A DNA stretch of 64,000 nt, taken from Fibrobacteria bacterium (GTDB lineage Bacteria; Fibrobacterota; Fibrobacteria; UBA11236; JADFYW01). Shown here in pieces: positions 1 through 11,674 of the stretch. The notes beneath the pieces were generated by a model that saw only the letters and a program-made list of their open reading frames with translations, was not told the origin of the DNA and made no database searches. Position 1 is the first letter of the stretch. Every line of letters begins with the position of its first letter. The stretch lies in the NCBI GenBank assembly GCA_050294405.1, contig JBNKOC010000028.1:64001-128000 (forward strand), read 5' to 3'. Made by a program: the position numbers and the translations under genes.

Positions 1-111
1 AATAAATCTCAACTTCTGGATAAAATTGAGCAGCAGAAAAAACTAGATGATGCCTTAGAAGAAGAAATGAAATCTGCAATTGCCGAATTTAAAAATCAGT
101 TTCAAGCATAA
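1..111 (+). CDS. atpA: ATP synthase F1 alpha subunit, C-terminal fragment (5' truncated by window)
   Basis: Frame 1 reads NKSQLLDKIEQQKKLDDALEEEMKSAIAEFKNQFQA*, a typical AtpA C-terminus, directly upstream of atpG. Confidence 0.9.
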   Translation, partial: NKSQLLDKIEQQKKLDDALEEEMKSAIAEFKNQFQA

Positions 112-128
112 GGGTTTAAGCAAGCAGA

Positions 129-1010
129 ATGGCTACATTAAAAGAACTTCGACTTAGAATCAAGTCTTTAAAAAACACCAAGAAGATAACATCTGCTATG
201 AAGATGGTATCCGCTTCCAAGTTGAAAAAAGCCAAAGACAACAGCCTTAAAACGCAACCTTATATTGAAAACTTAAATGATGTGTTGCAGAGGGTTTTAA
301 ATTCCGTGGAAAACGTGAACAACCCTCTCCTCGACAAAAGAGACAATAAAAAAACAAGATGTATTGTTTTTACATCTGACAGAGGCCTTTGCGGTGGGTT
401 CAACAACAACCTGGTTAAATACTTCAAAAGGCAAGCAAAATCCTTTGATACAGATTTTGAAATTATTACTGTGGGCAAAAAAGCCAAAGATGGCCTTAAA
501 AAAACCTTTACTCAAATCAGTGAAAGTATTGAGGGTGTAAGCGCCTCTCCCAGTTTTGAACAAGCTAAAAAATTGGTGGATTCCTGTATTGCAGACTTTA
601 ATTCCCATAAAATCGATAGCGTAGTTTTGTTTTACAATAAATTCGTATCTGCCATTTCTCAAAAACCAAGCCACATCCAACTTCTTCCATTTGTCAGATC
701 TGGAGAACCCGAAGAAAAGGAGTCTTCTGAAAGCAAAGAGAAAACCAATGTGGACTATATTTTTGAACCCGACGCTGAAAAATTATTGGAGCAACTATTG
801 CCCAAGCAAATCGCCATTCAACTTTTTCAATGTTTATTAGATAATGCTGCTGGTGAACATGCGGCCCGGATGACAGCCATGGAAAATGCAACAAACAATG
901 CATCTGAATTGATTTCCAGTCTGACAATCCAAATGAACCGCGCCAGACAAGCAGCCATCACTACGGAATTAACAGAAATCGTCTCTGGAGCAGAATCGCT
1001 CAAGGGCTAG
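129..1010 (+). CDS. atpG: ATP synthase F1 gamma subunit
   Basis: KITSAMKMVSASK, SDRGLCGGFN, EHAARMTAM, RQAAITTELTEIVSGA motifs. Confidence 0.99.
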   Translation: MATLKELRLRIKSLKNTKKITSAMKMVSASKLKKAKDNSLKTQPYIENLNDVLQRVLNSVENVNNPLLDKRDNKKTRCIVFTSDRGLCGGFNNNLVKYFKRQAKSFDTDFEIITVGKKAKDGLKKTFTQISESIEGVSASPSFEQAKKLVDSCIADFNSHKIDSVVLFYNKFVSAISQKPSHIQLLPFVRSGEPEEKESSESKEKTNVDYIFEPDAEKLLEQLLPKQIAIQLFQCLLDNAAGEHAARMTAMENATNNASELISSLTIQMNRARQAAITTELTEIVSGAESLKG

Positions 1011-2441
<1,431 letters not shown>

Positions 2442-2445
2442 TACA

Positions 2446-2838
2446 TTGCTAGTTTCCATATTAACACCGGAAAAATCTGTATTTGAAGGCGAGGCCGAGG
2501 GTATTACTCTTCCTGGTGAATTGGGATTAATGGGAATTTTAAATAACCATGCTCCCATTCTTACTTCTCTTAAGCCGGGAATATTTAAAATCAAAGCTGC
2601 AGATTCCAGCCAAAGTTTTTTTATCGGCGGGGGTTTTGTAGAGTTTAGCAATAACAAAGCCGTAGTACTTGCTGATTCTTTTGAAAAACCTGAAGAAATT
2701 GATATTAACAGAGCTCTTCAGGCTGTTAAGCGTGCTAAAAAGCGACTTAAAGACAGAAAAGATGTGGACGTGCAAAGAGCGGAAATGGCTTTATTGCGAG
2801 GCCTGGCCAGACAAAAAGTCTACTCCGTAAGCAAATAA
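2446..2838 (+). CDS. atpC: ATP synthase F1 epsilon subunit (TTG start)
   Basis: ILTPEK..F, GELGLMGILNNHAP, GGFVE, C-terminal helical hairpin; follows atpD. Confidence 0.97.
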   Translation: MLVSILTPEKSVFEGEAEGITLPGELGLMGILNNHAPILTSLKPGIFKIKAADSSQSFFIGGGFVEFSNNKAVVLADSFEKPEEIDINRALQAVKRAKKRLKDRKDVDVQRAEMALLRGLARQKVYSVSK

Positions 2839-2857
2839 TTTTAATCACAAATATATT

Positions 2858-2876
2858 CAGCATAAATATTATGCTG
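2858..2876 (+). terminator. Hairpin after atp operon, possible terminator
   Basis: CAGCATAA-ATA-TTATGCTG inverted repeat 20 nt after the atpC stop; weak U tail. Confidence 0.45.
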
Positions 2877-2909
2877 GTTCTATAGTTTTAAATATTTAGA
2901 TTATCCCTT

Positions 2910-3878
2910 ATGGAAACTCACATTGAAACTCCAAAAGTTTTCGAAGACTTAAAAAAAGAAATTTCAAAAGTTATCATTGGTCAGGAAGATGTTATTAAAC
3001 AATTGTTTATAGCTCTTCTGTGTAAAAGCCATGTACTTCTTGTGGGAGTTCCCGGGCTGGCAAAAACAACTTTAATCCAATCCTTTTCAGAATCTATTGA
3101 TTTAGATTACAACCGTATACAATTTACCCCTGATTTAATGCCCTCTGATATTACAGGAAACGAGTTGCTGCAGGAAAATAAAACTACAGGACAGAGAGAA
3201 TTAATTTTTCAAAAAGGTCCTATCTTTACCCAGATATTGTTAGCTGACGAAATAAACAGAACCCCCCCTAAAACTCAAGCTGCCTTATTGCAAGCCATGC
3301 AGGAAAAAAAGGTTTCTGTTTTTGGTAAAACTGAAATGCTAAGCTCTATTTTTATGGTGCTTGCCACTCAAAACCCCATCGAACAAGAGGGAACTTATCC
3401 CCTACCAGAAGCCCAATTAGACAGGTTTATATTCTCCATAAACATGGAATACCCATCCAAAGAAGAAGAAATCCAAATCGCTAAAAGATTTTCACAATCC
3501 CGTTTAGAAAAAATAAATCCTGTTTTAAATGCTGAAAAAATTCTCGAACTTCAAAATTCAGTTTTGAACACACCAGTATCGGACCATGTTTTCCAACACG
3601 CGGTAAATATTGTTAGAGCTACTCGTCCAAATACTCAAAATTCTAAAAAAATTGTAAACGATTTCGTGCAATGGGGTGCCGGCCCAAGAGCCTCTAATTT
3701 TTTAATCCTAGCTGCAAAAGCAAATGCACTTTTAGCCGGAAGACCCACTCCCACGGAAAAAGATATCAATGAAATGTTAATTCCTGCGTTAAATCATCGG
3801 ATTTTGCTTAATTTTCACGCAGAAGCAGAAGATATCACTGTGCAAAAACTTCTCGAAAAAATTTCCTCAGAATCTTAA
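2910..3878 (+). CDS. MoxR-family AAA+ ATPase
   Basis: GVPGLAKT, RIQFTPDLMPSDITG, LADEINRTPPKTQAALL, ATQNPIEQEGTYPLPEAQLDRF. Confidence 0.97.
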   Translation: METHIETPKVFEDLKKEISKVIIGQEDVIKQLFIALLCKSHVLLVGVPGLAKTTLIQSFSESIDLDYNRIQFTPDLMPSDITGNELLQENKTTGQRELIFQKGPIFTQILLADEINRTPPKTQAALLQAMQEKKVSVFGKTEMLSSIFMVLATQNPIEQEGTYPLPEAQLDRFIFSINMEYPSKEEEIQIAKRFSQSRLEKINPVLNAEKILELQNSVLNTPVSDHVFQHAVNIVRATRPNTQNSKKIVNDFVQWGAGPRASNFLILAAKANALLAGRPTPTEKDINEMLIPALNHRILLNFHAEAEDITVQKLLEKISSES

Positions 3879-4144
3879 AAATTTTTTACATATTCTTTGA
3901 AATTTATGTGGATTCTTTAAGATAAATCTTACTATAATCCTATAAGTTTTTAATATATGATGTGTTATACAAAAAAAAGTGAAAAAAAATTACCCACCTA
4001 GTGGCAAAATTTATTATATTAATTTAACCCCTTAAAATTTAACTTTAAGTGAAAAGTACAAATTTAAGCTTTTCCATAAATTACAGCATTAAGCATTTTG
4101 TTTAAAATACTGCAATTCTCTCACCCCTCAATAAGGAGCTTCAC

Positions 4145-5161
4145 TTGGCGGATACTACCATAACTTTAGAGGCACCTAAATCTTCTAAAAAAGCTAAAAA
4201 CGAAATTAGCTTTTATGATAATGTAGAATCCATTATCACAGATAAGGCAAAAGCAAAAAAGTCTAAAATTGTAAAAAAAGTGGTGAAGAAAAAAGTAATC
4301 CGCAAAGCTACAGAAAAACCAGTTAAATATATCCACGACGACAATACATTAGGTTTGTATTTAAAAGAAATATCTAAAACAAAATCACTGCCATCTTCAG
4401 AAGAAGCAATTCTAGCTGTTCGTATTAGAAATGGCGATAGAAAATCTTTAAACAAACTTATTAGAGCTAACCTGAAGTTTGTTGTGTCTGTTTGTAAAAA
4501 CTATCAAAACCAAGGTCTGCCTTTATCTGATTTAATCAATGAAGGCAATTTAGGCTTAATTAGAGCTGCAAAAAGATTCGATGAGACCAAACACTTTAAA
4601 TTTATTTCTTACGCTGTATGGTGGGTAAGACAAGCCATATTACAAAGTTTAGCTGAACACTCCCGAATTATAAAACTCCCTCCAAATCGCGTAGGCACCA
4701 TTCATAAATTGGGCAAATCCATGGCTTCATTAGAACAAAAACTAGGCCGTACTCCCACTTTAAATGAATTGTCAAAGTCCCTAAGCCTAAAAGAAACAGA
4801 AATACAAGACGTTATTAAAATAAGCAATCCTTATATGTCTTTAGACGCTCCCATTCAAAAAGGAGAAGAGAGTAAACTTATAGATATCTTAAAAGATGAA
4901 ACCCTCGAAAGCCCAGAGGAAAACGTACTTAAATCTGCTTTAAACAAAGAGGTAATGACTGTTCTAAGCACTTTGGATGAAAAAGAAAAAGAAGTTGTAA
5001 AACTGTACTTTGGTATAGGAGTAGATACTGCTTACACCTTAGAAGAAATTGGGCAAAAGTTTAATCTAACTCGTGAAAGAGTTCGGCAGATTAAAGAAAA
5101 AGCAATAAAACGTTTAAAGCACTCATCTCGTTCAAAGAAGCTATTGCTTTTTAAAGTTTAA
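4145..5161 (+). CDS. RNA polymerase sigma-70 factor, RpoD/SigA family, FCB-type lacking region 1.1 (TTG start)
   Basis: LYLKEI (1.2), DLINEGNLGLIRAAKRFD, KFISYAVWWVRQAI (2.3-2.4), TLEEIG..FNLTRERVRQI (4.2); AAGGAG SD upstream; Lys-rich N-terminal extension. Confidence 0.93.
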   Translation: MADTTITLEAPKSSKKAKNEISFYDNVESIITDKAKAKKSKIVKKVVKKKVIRKATEKPVKYIHDDNTLGLYLKEISKTKSLPSSEEAILAVRIRNGDRKSLNKLIRANLKFVVSVCKNYQNQGLPLSDLINEGNLGLIRAAKRFDETKHFKFISYAVWWVRQAILQSLAEHSRIIKLPPNRVGTIHKLGKSMASLEQKLGRTPTLNELSKSLSLKETEIQDVIKISNPYMSLDAPIQKGEESKLIDILKDETLESPEENVLKSALNKEVMTVLSTLDEKEKEVVKLYFGIGVDTAYTLEEIGQKFNLTRERVRQIKEKAIKRLKHSSRSKKLLLFKV

Positions 5162-5164
5162 AAC

Positions 5165-5490
5165 TTTCCCCTATATATTAATAATCATTTTAAAATTATA
5201 AATTCCTAGTATATATTAGGGGTTTTAATATGCGTTGAAAAGAATATTAAAAATACGCAAGTATAAATTTTTAAAGCGTATACATTACTTAATTAATGTG
5301 AATCCAATCCATAAAAAGTTAAAACTTATTCTGTTGAGAGCTGTGGATATAAGTTAAAAGAGGAAATAAAAAGTTTTTAGCTAATTAATTCACAAAATCA
5401 TTTAACAGAAATTGTTGAGAAAAGCAGATGGAATAGTTTTACACAAACTACTCTTAGCTTGCAAAATAAATTGTGGACAAAGGTTAAAAA
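5165..5490. other. Candidate replication origin (oriC): AT-rich tract followed by a DnaA-box cluster
   Basis: 330-bp non-coding gap between convergent genes; DnaA-box-like 9-mers at 5342-5350, 5386-5394, 5437-5445 (full TTWTNCACA match), 5472-5480, weaker at 5297, 5332, 5413. Confidence 0.55.
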
Positions 5491-6705
5491 CTAAAAGAAG
5501 CGTTTAAGAGTTTCTAATAAATCAGAAACAATCTTTACTCCACCCACCCAGGTGCCAACCATACTTCCTAAACCTGGCAGAATAAAACACAGTAAAATTC
5601 TTAAAAACTTGTTTTTCCACCAGTTTGAAAACTTATGGAAATCATCAGAAACGGTTTCTAATTCTTTAACTATAGGAGGGGCGAACATGACCTGCACAAA
5701 AGCTGTAACATAGCCTGCTCCAATTAGGGGGGTTAAAGAGGTAATAGGAGCGGCAACAAAGGCGGCTAAAATAGTTATGGGGTGGGCAAAAGCTAAAAGA
5801 GCCCCTAGGGAACAAAAAATACCGTTAGCTAAAATCCAGTAGAGGATATTTTCTCCGGCAACCTTTGGGCCTTCAAAATAAGTTAATAAAGCCAATCCCA
5901 AAACAATAGTTGCGGGAATAAGCCAACCCAAGGATTTTGAAAAGAGACTTGGATTTGGAATTTTTTCGATTTCCTCAAGTTGATGTCGGTTGTCTTCGTA
6001 TAGACGTTTTTTAATACCTTCTATGTGGCCAGCACCTAAAACAGCCAACTTCTTTTTACCTTCGGAGGCTTTTATTTTTTCTGCTAAATAAATATCCCGC
6101 TCATCTATTAAAACGGATTTCACTTCAGGCAAAGCCTTACCTAATTCACCCATTACTTCTGTTAAGTAATCTTTTTGCCTCAATACTTTTAAATCAGATT
6201 CAGATATTTGAGTTTTATCGAAAAAACTTCCAAAGATATTGGCGATAAGTAAGGATTTTTTAAAAAAAGGAGACTTTCTCCAAGCCCTTTTTAAAGTGGT
6301 CCTTGCATCTCTGTCGCAAAGAGCAAAAGGTATATTATTCTCTTTAGATACATTGTAACCTTCTAAAAGCTCAGATCCTGGTTGCGTACCCGTATTTAAA
6401 CCCAATTTTTTTTGGTAAGAGGATAACATTAAGTTTACTATTAAAGTAGCTAGTTGTTTTTTCTTAATAATTTCGAGGATGTTTAAGGATTCCCACTTCT
6501 TTTTTTGAGTGAGTGAGTTTAAACGATTTTCATCCAGTTCTAAACAAACCACATCTGGTTTTTCTTCTTTAATAGTACTGGAAACAACTTCTACGGACTC
6601 CTGGCTAATGTGCGCGGTGCCAATTAGAATATACTCTACACCGGATATTTCCAGTTTATGAATATCCGAATCTACCACAGTTTGCTCAGCTGAATTTTCA
6701 CTCAT
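5491..6705 (-). CDS. TraB/GumN (pheromone-shutdown TraB) family membrane protein
   Basis: LIGTAHIS..S, PDVVCLELD..R, LIDERDIYLA, VLGAGH, C-terminal TM helices. Confidence 0.93.
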   Translation of the reverse strand: MSENSAEQTVVDSDIHKLEISGVEYILIGTAHISQESVEVVSSTIKEEKPDVVCLELDENRLNSLTQKKKWESLNILEIIKKKQLATLIVNLMLSSYQKKLGLNTGTQPGSELLEGYNVSKENNIPFALCDRDARTTLKRAWRKSPFFKKSLLIANIFGSFFDKTQISESDLKVLRQKDYLTEVMGELGKALPEVKSVLIDERDIYLAEKIKASEGKKKLAVLGAGHIEGIKKRLYEDNRHQLEEIEKIPNPSLFSKSLGWLIPATIVLGLALLTYFEGPKVAGENILYWILANGIFCSLGALLAFAHPITILAAFVAAPITSLTPLIGAGYVTAFVQVMFAPPIVKELETVSDDFHKFSNWWKNKFLRILLCFILPGLGSMVGTWVGGVKIVSDLLETLKRFF

Positions 6706-6706
6706 A

Positions 6707-8140
6707 TTACAGTTCTTTAATTTTATTAATGATGTTTGAAGTGCTTAATCCAGGCACAAGATTTACTACATGGATAACACCCTTCCCTTTTTTAACAATA
6801 TCAGCCTCAATGCAATTTTTACCGTATTCAGAACCATTAACATGGACATGGGGGAAAACTTCGGATAAAAATTTAATAGGATTATCTTCTTTAAAAACAT
6901 GCACATAATCTACATATTCTAAAGCTAACAGCATTTTTGCCCGGTTGTTTTCATCTACAATAGGACGTTTTGGCCCTTTATATTTTTTGACACTTGAATC
7001 GCTGTTTAAACCAATAAGTAAAACATCTCCCTGATTTTTAGCCTCTTTTAAAATTTCCAAATGACCCGCGTGAAGTAAGTCGAAGCTACCATTGATTGTT
7101 ACAATAGTTTTACCCATTTGCTTTAAATTTTTAGACCAGTTTTTGAGTTGGCTTCGGGCTAAAATCCGGGAACCTGCATTTTGCTCAAATTCTATTTCTT
7201 CAGGGCTAACTACATCGGTCCCATGTTTAGCAACTACAATTCCTGCAGCTGCATTTGCAAACTTCAAACTATCAAAAATAGAATGGGATGCACCTAAACC
7301 AAGGGCAAAAGCTGCCACAACAGTATCTCCAGCACCAGAAACATCAAAAACTTCTTTGGCAGCCGTAGGTAAATGAAACCTTTCTTTTTTGTTTTTAGAA
7401 AAATAAAAAAGGCCTCTTGGACCTAAAGTTAACACAACATTGCTTTTTAGTTTTTTAGATATTTCTAAAGCCAATTTTTCTGTAGAGTTTTCAGGAGTTT
7501 TTTCCGGAAGAAAGCCTGACATTTCACAAGCCTCTTTCCAGTTAGGCGTAATAAAATCGCATCCAACATAATAGCTCCAATGTTGGGGACGGGGATCTAC
7601 AATAACCGGGATTTTATTTTTTTTTGCAAGTTGTATTAATTTTTTACAGAGTATTTTAGAGAAAAATCCTTTTGCGTAGTCCGAAAAAACCAAACAATCC
7701 AGGCCGAATATTTCTTTTTCTAACTGAGAGTAAATTTGGTTTTCAATCTCCGGAGAAAGCGCTTGAATATTTTCAAAATCTACCCGTACCACTTGCTGAG
7801 ATTGTCCGATAACCCTTGTTTTTTTTATGGTTGGAGCAGATGTATAAAAAGGTCTTAGTTGTATTTTTTTTTCTTTGCAAAGTTTTTTAAAATAATCAGC
7901 CTCAAAATCTTTTCCCAAGGCCCCCATTAAAAGCACTTTTCCACCCAAAGAAACTATGTTAGCAGCTGTATTTGCAGCTCCACCCAAAACCTGATATCGC
8001 TTGGAAACAGCTACAATGGGAACAGGTGCTTCAGGAGAAATACGGTGGCTTGACCCCTCCAAATATTCGTCCAGCATTAAATCGCCCAGGACGCCTATTT
8101 TTTTAGCCTTAATCTGGCTTAGTAATTTTGCAAAAGACAT
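6707..8140 (-). CDS. hldE: Bifunctional D-beta-D-heptose-7-phosphate kinase / heptose-1-phosphate adenylyltransferase
   Basis: GDLMLDEY..G...RISPEAPVP, DVSGAGDTV (PfkB kinase); NGSFDLLHAGH, GLNSDSSV...KG..RP (adenylyltransferase). Confidence 0.97.
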   Translation of the reverse strand: MSFAKLLSQIKAKKIGVLGDLMLDEYLEGSSHRISPEAPVPIVAVSKRYQVLGGAANTAANIVSLGGKVLLMGALGKDFEADYFKKLCKEKKIQLRPFYTSAPTIKKTRVIGQSQQVVRVDFENIQALSPEIENQIYSQLEKEIFGLDCLVFSDYAKGFFSKILCKKLIQLAKKNKIPVIVDPRPQHWSYYVGCDFITPNWKEACEMSGFLPEKTPENSTEKLALEISKKLKSNVVLTLGPRGLFYFSKNKKERFHLPTAAKEVFDVSGAGDTVVAAFALGLGASHSIFDSLKFANAAAGIVVAKHGTDVVSPEEIEFEQNAGSRILARSQLKNWSKNLKQMGKTIVTINGSFDLLHAGHLEILKEAKNQGDVLLIGLNSDSSVKKYKGPKRPIVDENNRAKMLLALEYVDYVHVFKEDNPIKFLSEVFPHVHVNGSEYGKNCIEADIVKKGKGVIHVVNLVPGLSTSNIINKIKEL

Positions 8141-8343
8141 ATATGGAAGCCAATTTAGTTTTCCCGGGTCAGATCAAAAACCCAAATTTGCCTAATTTTT
8201 GCACTTTTTGAAAGAAGCTATTAAACTGCCATTATAAAAAGCAAAATTTATGGGTTTTTTAAAATAATTCATTAAATTTTTAGCCTTAGGTTGTTTTTAA
8301 TACCTGTTACTTTTCACAATTGCTTTAACCTTTTTACGATTCA

Positions 8344-10644
8344 ATGGACACAAACAAATTAATTGCAAGCGAACTGAAACTTTCTGAAAAACAAGTCAGT
8401 AATGTTATTGATCTTTTGGAAAGTGGCGCCACTATTCCCTTTATTGCTCGCTACCGAAAAGAAAAAACCGATTCTTTAGACGAGGAAAAAATTGCCTTAA
8501 TTCAAACGAAACACGAATATTTTGTTGAATTGAAGGAAAGAAAAGAGGCAATACTCAAAAGAATACAAGCTCAAAATAAGCTCAGTGATAGCCTTAAGAA
8601 AAAAATCGAAGAAACTTTTGATAGAGTTGCGCTGGAAGATCTTTACGAACCCTATAAAATCAAAAAGAAAACCAAAGCACAGGCTGCCCGGGAAAAGGGT
8701 TTGGAACCTTTGTCTGAACTGTTTTTAAATCAGGAAGAAGAAGATTTAGAAAAATTGGCAACTCCCTTTATAAGTGAAGAAAAAGCTGTTAAAACAGCAA
8801 TTGAAGCTATTGACGGAGCCATGAACATTCTTGCAGAACAAATTGCAGAAAATTTTGAGTGGAAAAGTTATCTGCGAGAAAAAGAGCAAAAATCCTCACT
8901 ATTAAAAAGCGTAGTGGCGGAAAAAGACTCCGAAAAGAAAACCAAATTTGAAATGTACTACGACTATTCTGAAAAAACCTCTACCATACCATCTCACAGG
9001 GTTTTAGCCATTCGCCGGGGAGAGAAAGACGGTATTTTGAAAACATCAATTGAAATGGCTGACGAAGAAAACATCAATTACTTAAAGGAAAAGTTTTTAA
9101 AAGCTAATTTTAAAACTCATGCTCGTTATGTTACTATGGTGGAAGACAGTTATTACCGTCTTATCCGTCCATCCATAGAAAACGAAATCCGCAACCAATT
9201 GAAAAAGCAAGCTGATGAAGAAGCTTTTAAGGTTTTCAGCAAAAACCTTCGGAACATTTTATTATCAGCTCCAGCCGGCCACAAGGTTATTATGGGTGTG
9301 GATCCAGGTTTCCGTAGCGGCACTAAACTGGCTGTAATTGATAAAACAGGAAAATTTTTAGAACAAAGCACGATTTATCCAGTAATGCCTCAAAATCAAG
9401 TGGAAGCATCGAAAACCATTTTATTGGCTATGATTGAAAAGTTTAATGTGGAAATTATTGCCATTGGAAATGGAACAGCCTCCAGAGAAATAGATGAATT
9501 TGTGGGTAACAGCATTAAGGAAATGGAAAAACCTCCCATTAAAATGGTGGTGAATGAATCGGGTGCCTCGGTGTACTCAGCCTCTGCAGAGGCCCGGAAA
9601 GAATTCCCCGATTTGGATGTATTGATTCGGGGAGCTATTTCTATTGCTAGAAGAGTACAAGACCCCCTTTCAGAGTTTGTAAAAATAGAGCCAAAATCCA
9701 TTGGAGTTGGCCAATACCAACACGATGTAAATCAAAGCGAACTTAAAAAGCGTTTGGACTTGGTAGTGGAATCCTGCGTAAACTCTGTAGGTGTCGATTT
9801 AAATACCGCTTCTGAGTCCCTATTAAAACATGTTTCCGGTATTTCCAGTTCTCTGGCTAAAGCTATTGTAATGTACCGGGACAAACACGGGCACTTTAAA
9901 TCCAGAGCCAGCATGGTAAAAGTTCCTCAGTTTGGACCTAAATCTTTTGAGCAGGCTGCGGGGTTTTTGAGAGTGATTAATTCAGAAAACCCTTTGGATG
10001 GGACAGCAGTTCATCCGGAATCTTATGGAATAGTCACAAGTATTTGTGAAAAAGAGAGCATTGAACTCCCTAAATTAATTGGGAATAAAGATGTAATTCA
10101 AAAAATTGATTTTACCCAGTATACCAGCCCTTTAATTGGTTTACCTACCCTCATGGATATAAAAGGTGAATTAGAACAACCAGCCCGAGATCCTCGGCGT
10201 GAGTTCAGCTACGCCCAGTTCAATCCAAAAATTAAAAATATGGAAGACTTGGTGGTGGGAGACTGGGTGGAAGCTGCGGTCACTAATGTCACAGACTTTG
10301 GTGTGTTTGTGGATTTGGGCGTCCATCAGGATGGGATGATCCATATTTCTGAGTTGGGGGCTAAATACAACAAAAATCTGCAAGAGGAATTTTTACCTGG
10401 AAAAATTTTAAAGGTAAGAGTTTTGGCCGTTCAAATGGAGCCAAAAAGGATTTCCCTATCCTTAAAACAACCTGGTGAAGCCAAAAAATTTAGCCAGGGA
10501 AAAAAAGGAAAATTCCAACGGAAAAAAAGGTCTCATGCCACGCTGGATCAGTTGAAGGCCAAGTTTGATGGAAAGTCTAAAGAAAAATCAAATAACGTTA
10601 AACTGAAAATTTCCATCAAATCCATTATGAAAAGTGGCAGATAA
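8344..10644 (+). CDS. tex: Tex family RNA-binding transcriptional accessory protein (S1 domain)
   Basis: GATIPFIARYRKEKT, DPGFRSGTK, IGNGTASRE, SIGVGQYQHDV, C-terminal S1 (FGVFVDLGVHQDG). Confidence 0.97.
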   Translation: MDTNKLIASELKLSEKQVSNVIDLLESGATIPFIARYRKEKTDSLDEEKIALIQTKHEYFVELKERKEAILKRIQAQNKLSDSLKKKIEETFDRVALEDLYEPYKIKKKTKAQAAREKGLEPLSELFLNQEEEDLEKLATPFISEEKAVKTAIEAIDGAMNILAEQIAENFEWKSYLREKEQKSSLLKSVVAEKDSEKKTKFEMYYDYSEKTSTIPSHRVLAIRRGEKDGILKTSIEMADEENINYLKEKFLKANFKTHARYVTMVEDSYYRLIRPSIENEIRNQLKKQADEEAFKVFSKNLRNILLSAPAGHKVIMGVDPGFRSGTKLAVIDKTGKFLEQSTIYPVMPQNQVEASKTILLAMIEKFNVEIIAIGNGTASREIDEFVGNSIKEMEKPPIKMVVNESGASVYSASAEARKEFPDLDVLIRGAISIARRVQDPLSEFVKIEPKSIGVGQYQHDVNQSELKKRLDLVVESCVNSVGVDLNTASESLLKHVSGISSSLAKAIVMYRDKHGHFKSRASMVKVPQFGPKSFEQAAGFLRVINSENPLDGTAVHPESYGIVTSICEKESIELPKLIGNKDVIQKIDFTQYTSPLIGLPTLMDIKGELEQPARDPRREFSYAQFNPKIKNMEDLVVGDWVEAAVTNVTDFGVFVDLGVHQDGMIHISELGAKYNKNLQEEFLPGKILKVRVLAVQMEPKRISLSLKQPGEAKKFSQGKKGKFQRKKRSHATLDQLKAKFDGKSKEKSNNVKLKISIKSIMKSGR

Positions 10645-10689
10645 ATTGCCACCAAATTTATTTCTGGTTAAATTTGGGGAGCTTTTTTT

Positions 10690-10763
10690 GGCGGCTTAGC
10701 TCAGTTGGTTAGAGCAATGGAATCATAATCCATGTGTCCGGGGTTCGAATCCCTGAGCCGCTA
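10690..10763 (+). tRNA. tRNA-Met(CAT), elongator type; CCA not encoded
   Basis: Acceptor GGCGGCT/AGCCGCT, D arm GCTCAGTTGGTTAGAGC, anticodon stem ATGGA/TCCAT with loop ATCATAA, T loop GGTTCGAATCC; paired 1:72 position argues against initiator; Ile2 not fully excluded. Confidence 0.93.
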
Positions 10764-10852
10764 TAAAAAAAGCCGAAACGAATATTTTTGGTTGGATTAA
10801 CCAAGACTTTACTTAATTTTTTTAATCTTTGGCGAAAACGGTAGAGGAAGAA

Positions 10853-11641
10853 ATGCTTCTTGAAGGTAAAAAAGGGATAATTTTAGGGGTAGCTAACGCA
10901 AGAAGCATTGCTTGGGGCATAGCCCAATCTTTGACTGAACATGGTGCACAAATTTGTTACAGCTACCAAAATGAACGCCTACGCCCTAATCTTGAAAAAT
11001 TATTGGAAGGTCAGGCTGAAAAACACATGTTTGAATGCGATGTTAGCAGCTCTGAATCCATTGAAAATTTGGTAAAAGAGGTAGAGGCAAAATTTGGGGA
11101 GCTGGATTTTCTTGTTCATTCCCTTGCTTATGCCGATAAAAATGATCTTGAGAATAAATTTGTAAATACATCCAAAGAAAATTTTTTAAAGTCATTGGAT
11201 ATCAGCGCTTATTCTTTAGTGGAACTGTCCCGAAGTTTTTCCCCTATTCTTAAAGATGGCGGTTCAATTATTGCCCTTACTTTTTTGGGTTCCGAAAAAA
11301 CGGTGGTGAACTACAATACAATGGGTGTTTCTAAAGCGGCTTTAGAGGCTGCTGTGCGGTATTTAGCCGTTGATTTTGGAAAAAGAGCTATAAGAGTAAA
11401 TGCTATTTCAGCTGGCCCTATCCAAACCCTTGCCGCTCGCGGTATTCGTGATTTTTCTTTGTTGCATAAAATACACCCTACTCTTGCACCTTTAGGCAGA
11501 GCCACAACTCTTAAAGATGTGGGTGGGGCAGCGACATTTTTGGTAAGCGAATTAAGTTCAGGGATCACTTCCGAAGTTATGTATGTGGACGCCGGGTTTC
11601 ATAATGTTGCCGTGGGCTCCATGGAAGCATACAATCTTTAA
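10853..11641 (+). CDS. fabI: Enoyl-ACP reductase (NADH)
   Basis: GVANARSIAWGIA, YNTMGVSKAALE, RVNAISAGPIQTLAA; ATG 10853 with GAGGA SD preferred over TTG 10829. Confidence 0.97.
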   Translation: MLLEGKKGIILGVANARSIAWGIAQSLTEHGAQICYSYQNERLRPNLEKLLEGQAEKHMFECDVSSSESIENLVKEVEAKFGELDFLVHSLAYADKNDLENKFVNTSKENFLKSLDISAYSLVELSRSFSPILKDGGSIIALTFLGSEKTVVNYNTMGVSKAALEAAVRYLAVDFGKRAIRVNAISAGPIQTLAARGIRDFSLLHKIHPTLAPLGRATTLKDVGGAATFLVSELSSGITSEVMYVDAGFHNVAVGSMEAYNL

Positions 11642-11674
11642 AATTGGGACAATAAATTTGTCTTGGGGATCTAT

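Noticed and set aside
2850..2880. dif (XerCD) site, because of GCATAA...TTATG
   Set aside because: Central spacer is 3 bp rather than 6 and the XerD arm TTATGTTAAAT is not matched; a simple hairpin fits better
10690..10850. Genomic island integrated at tRNA-Met
   Set aside because: Core genes on both sides, no integrase, no duplicated tRNA 3' end seen
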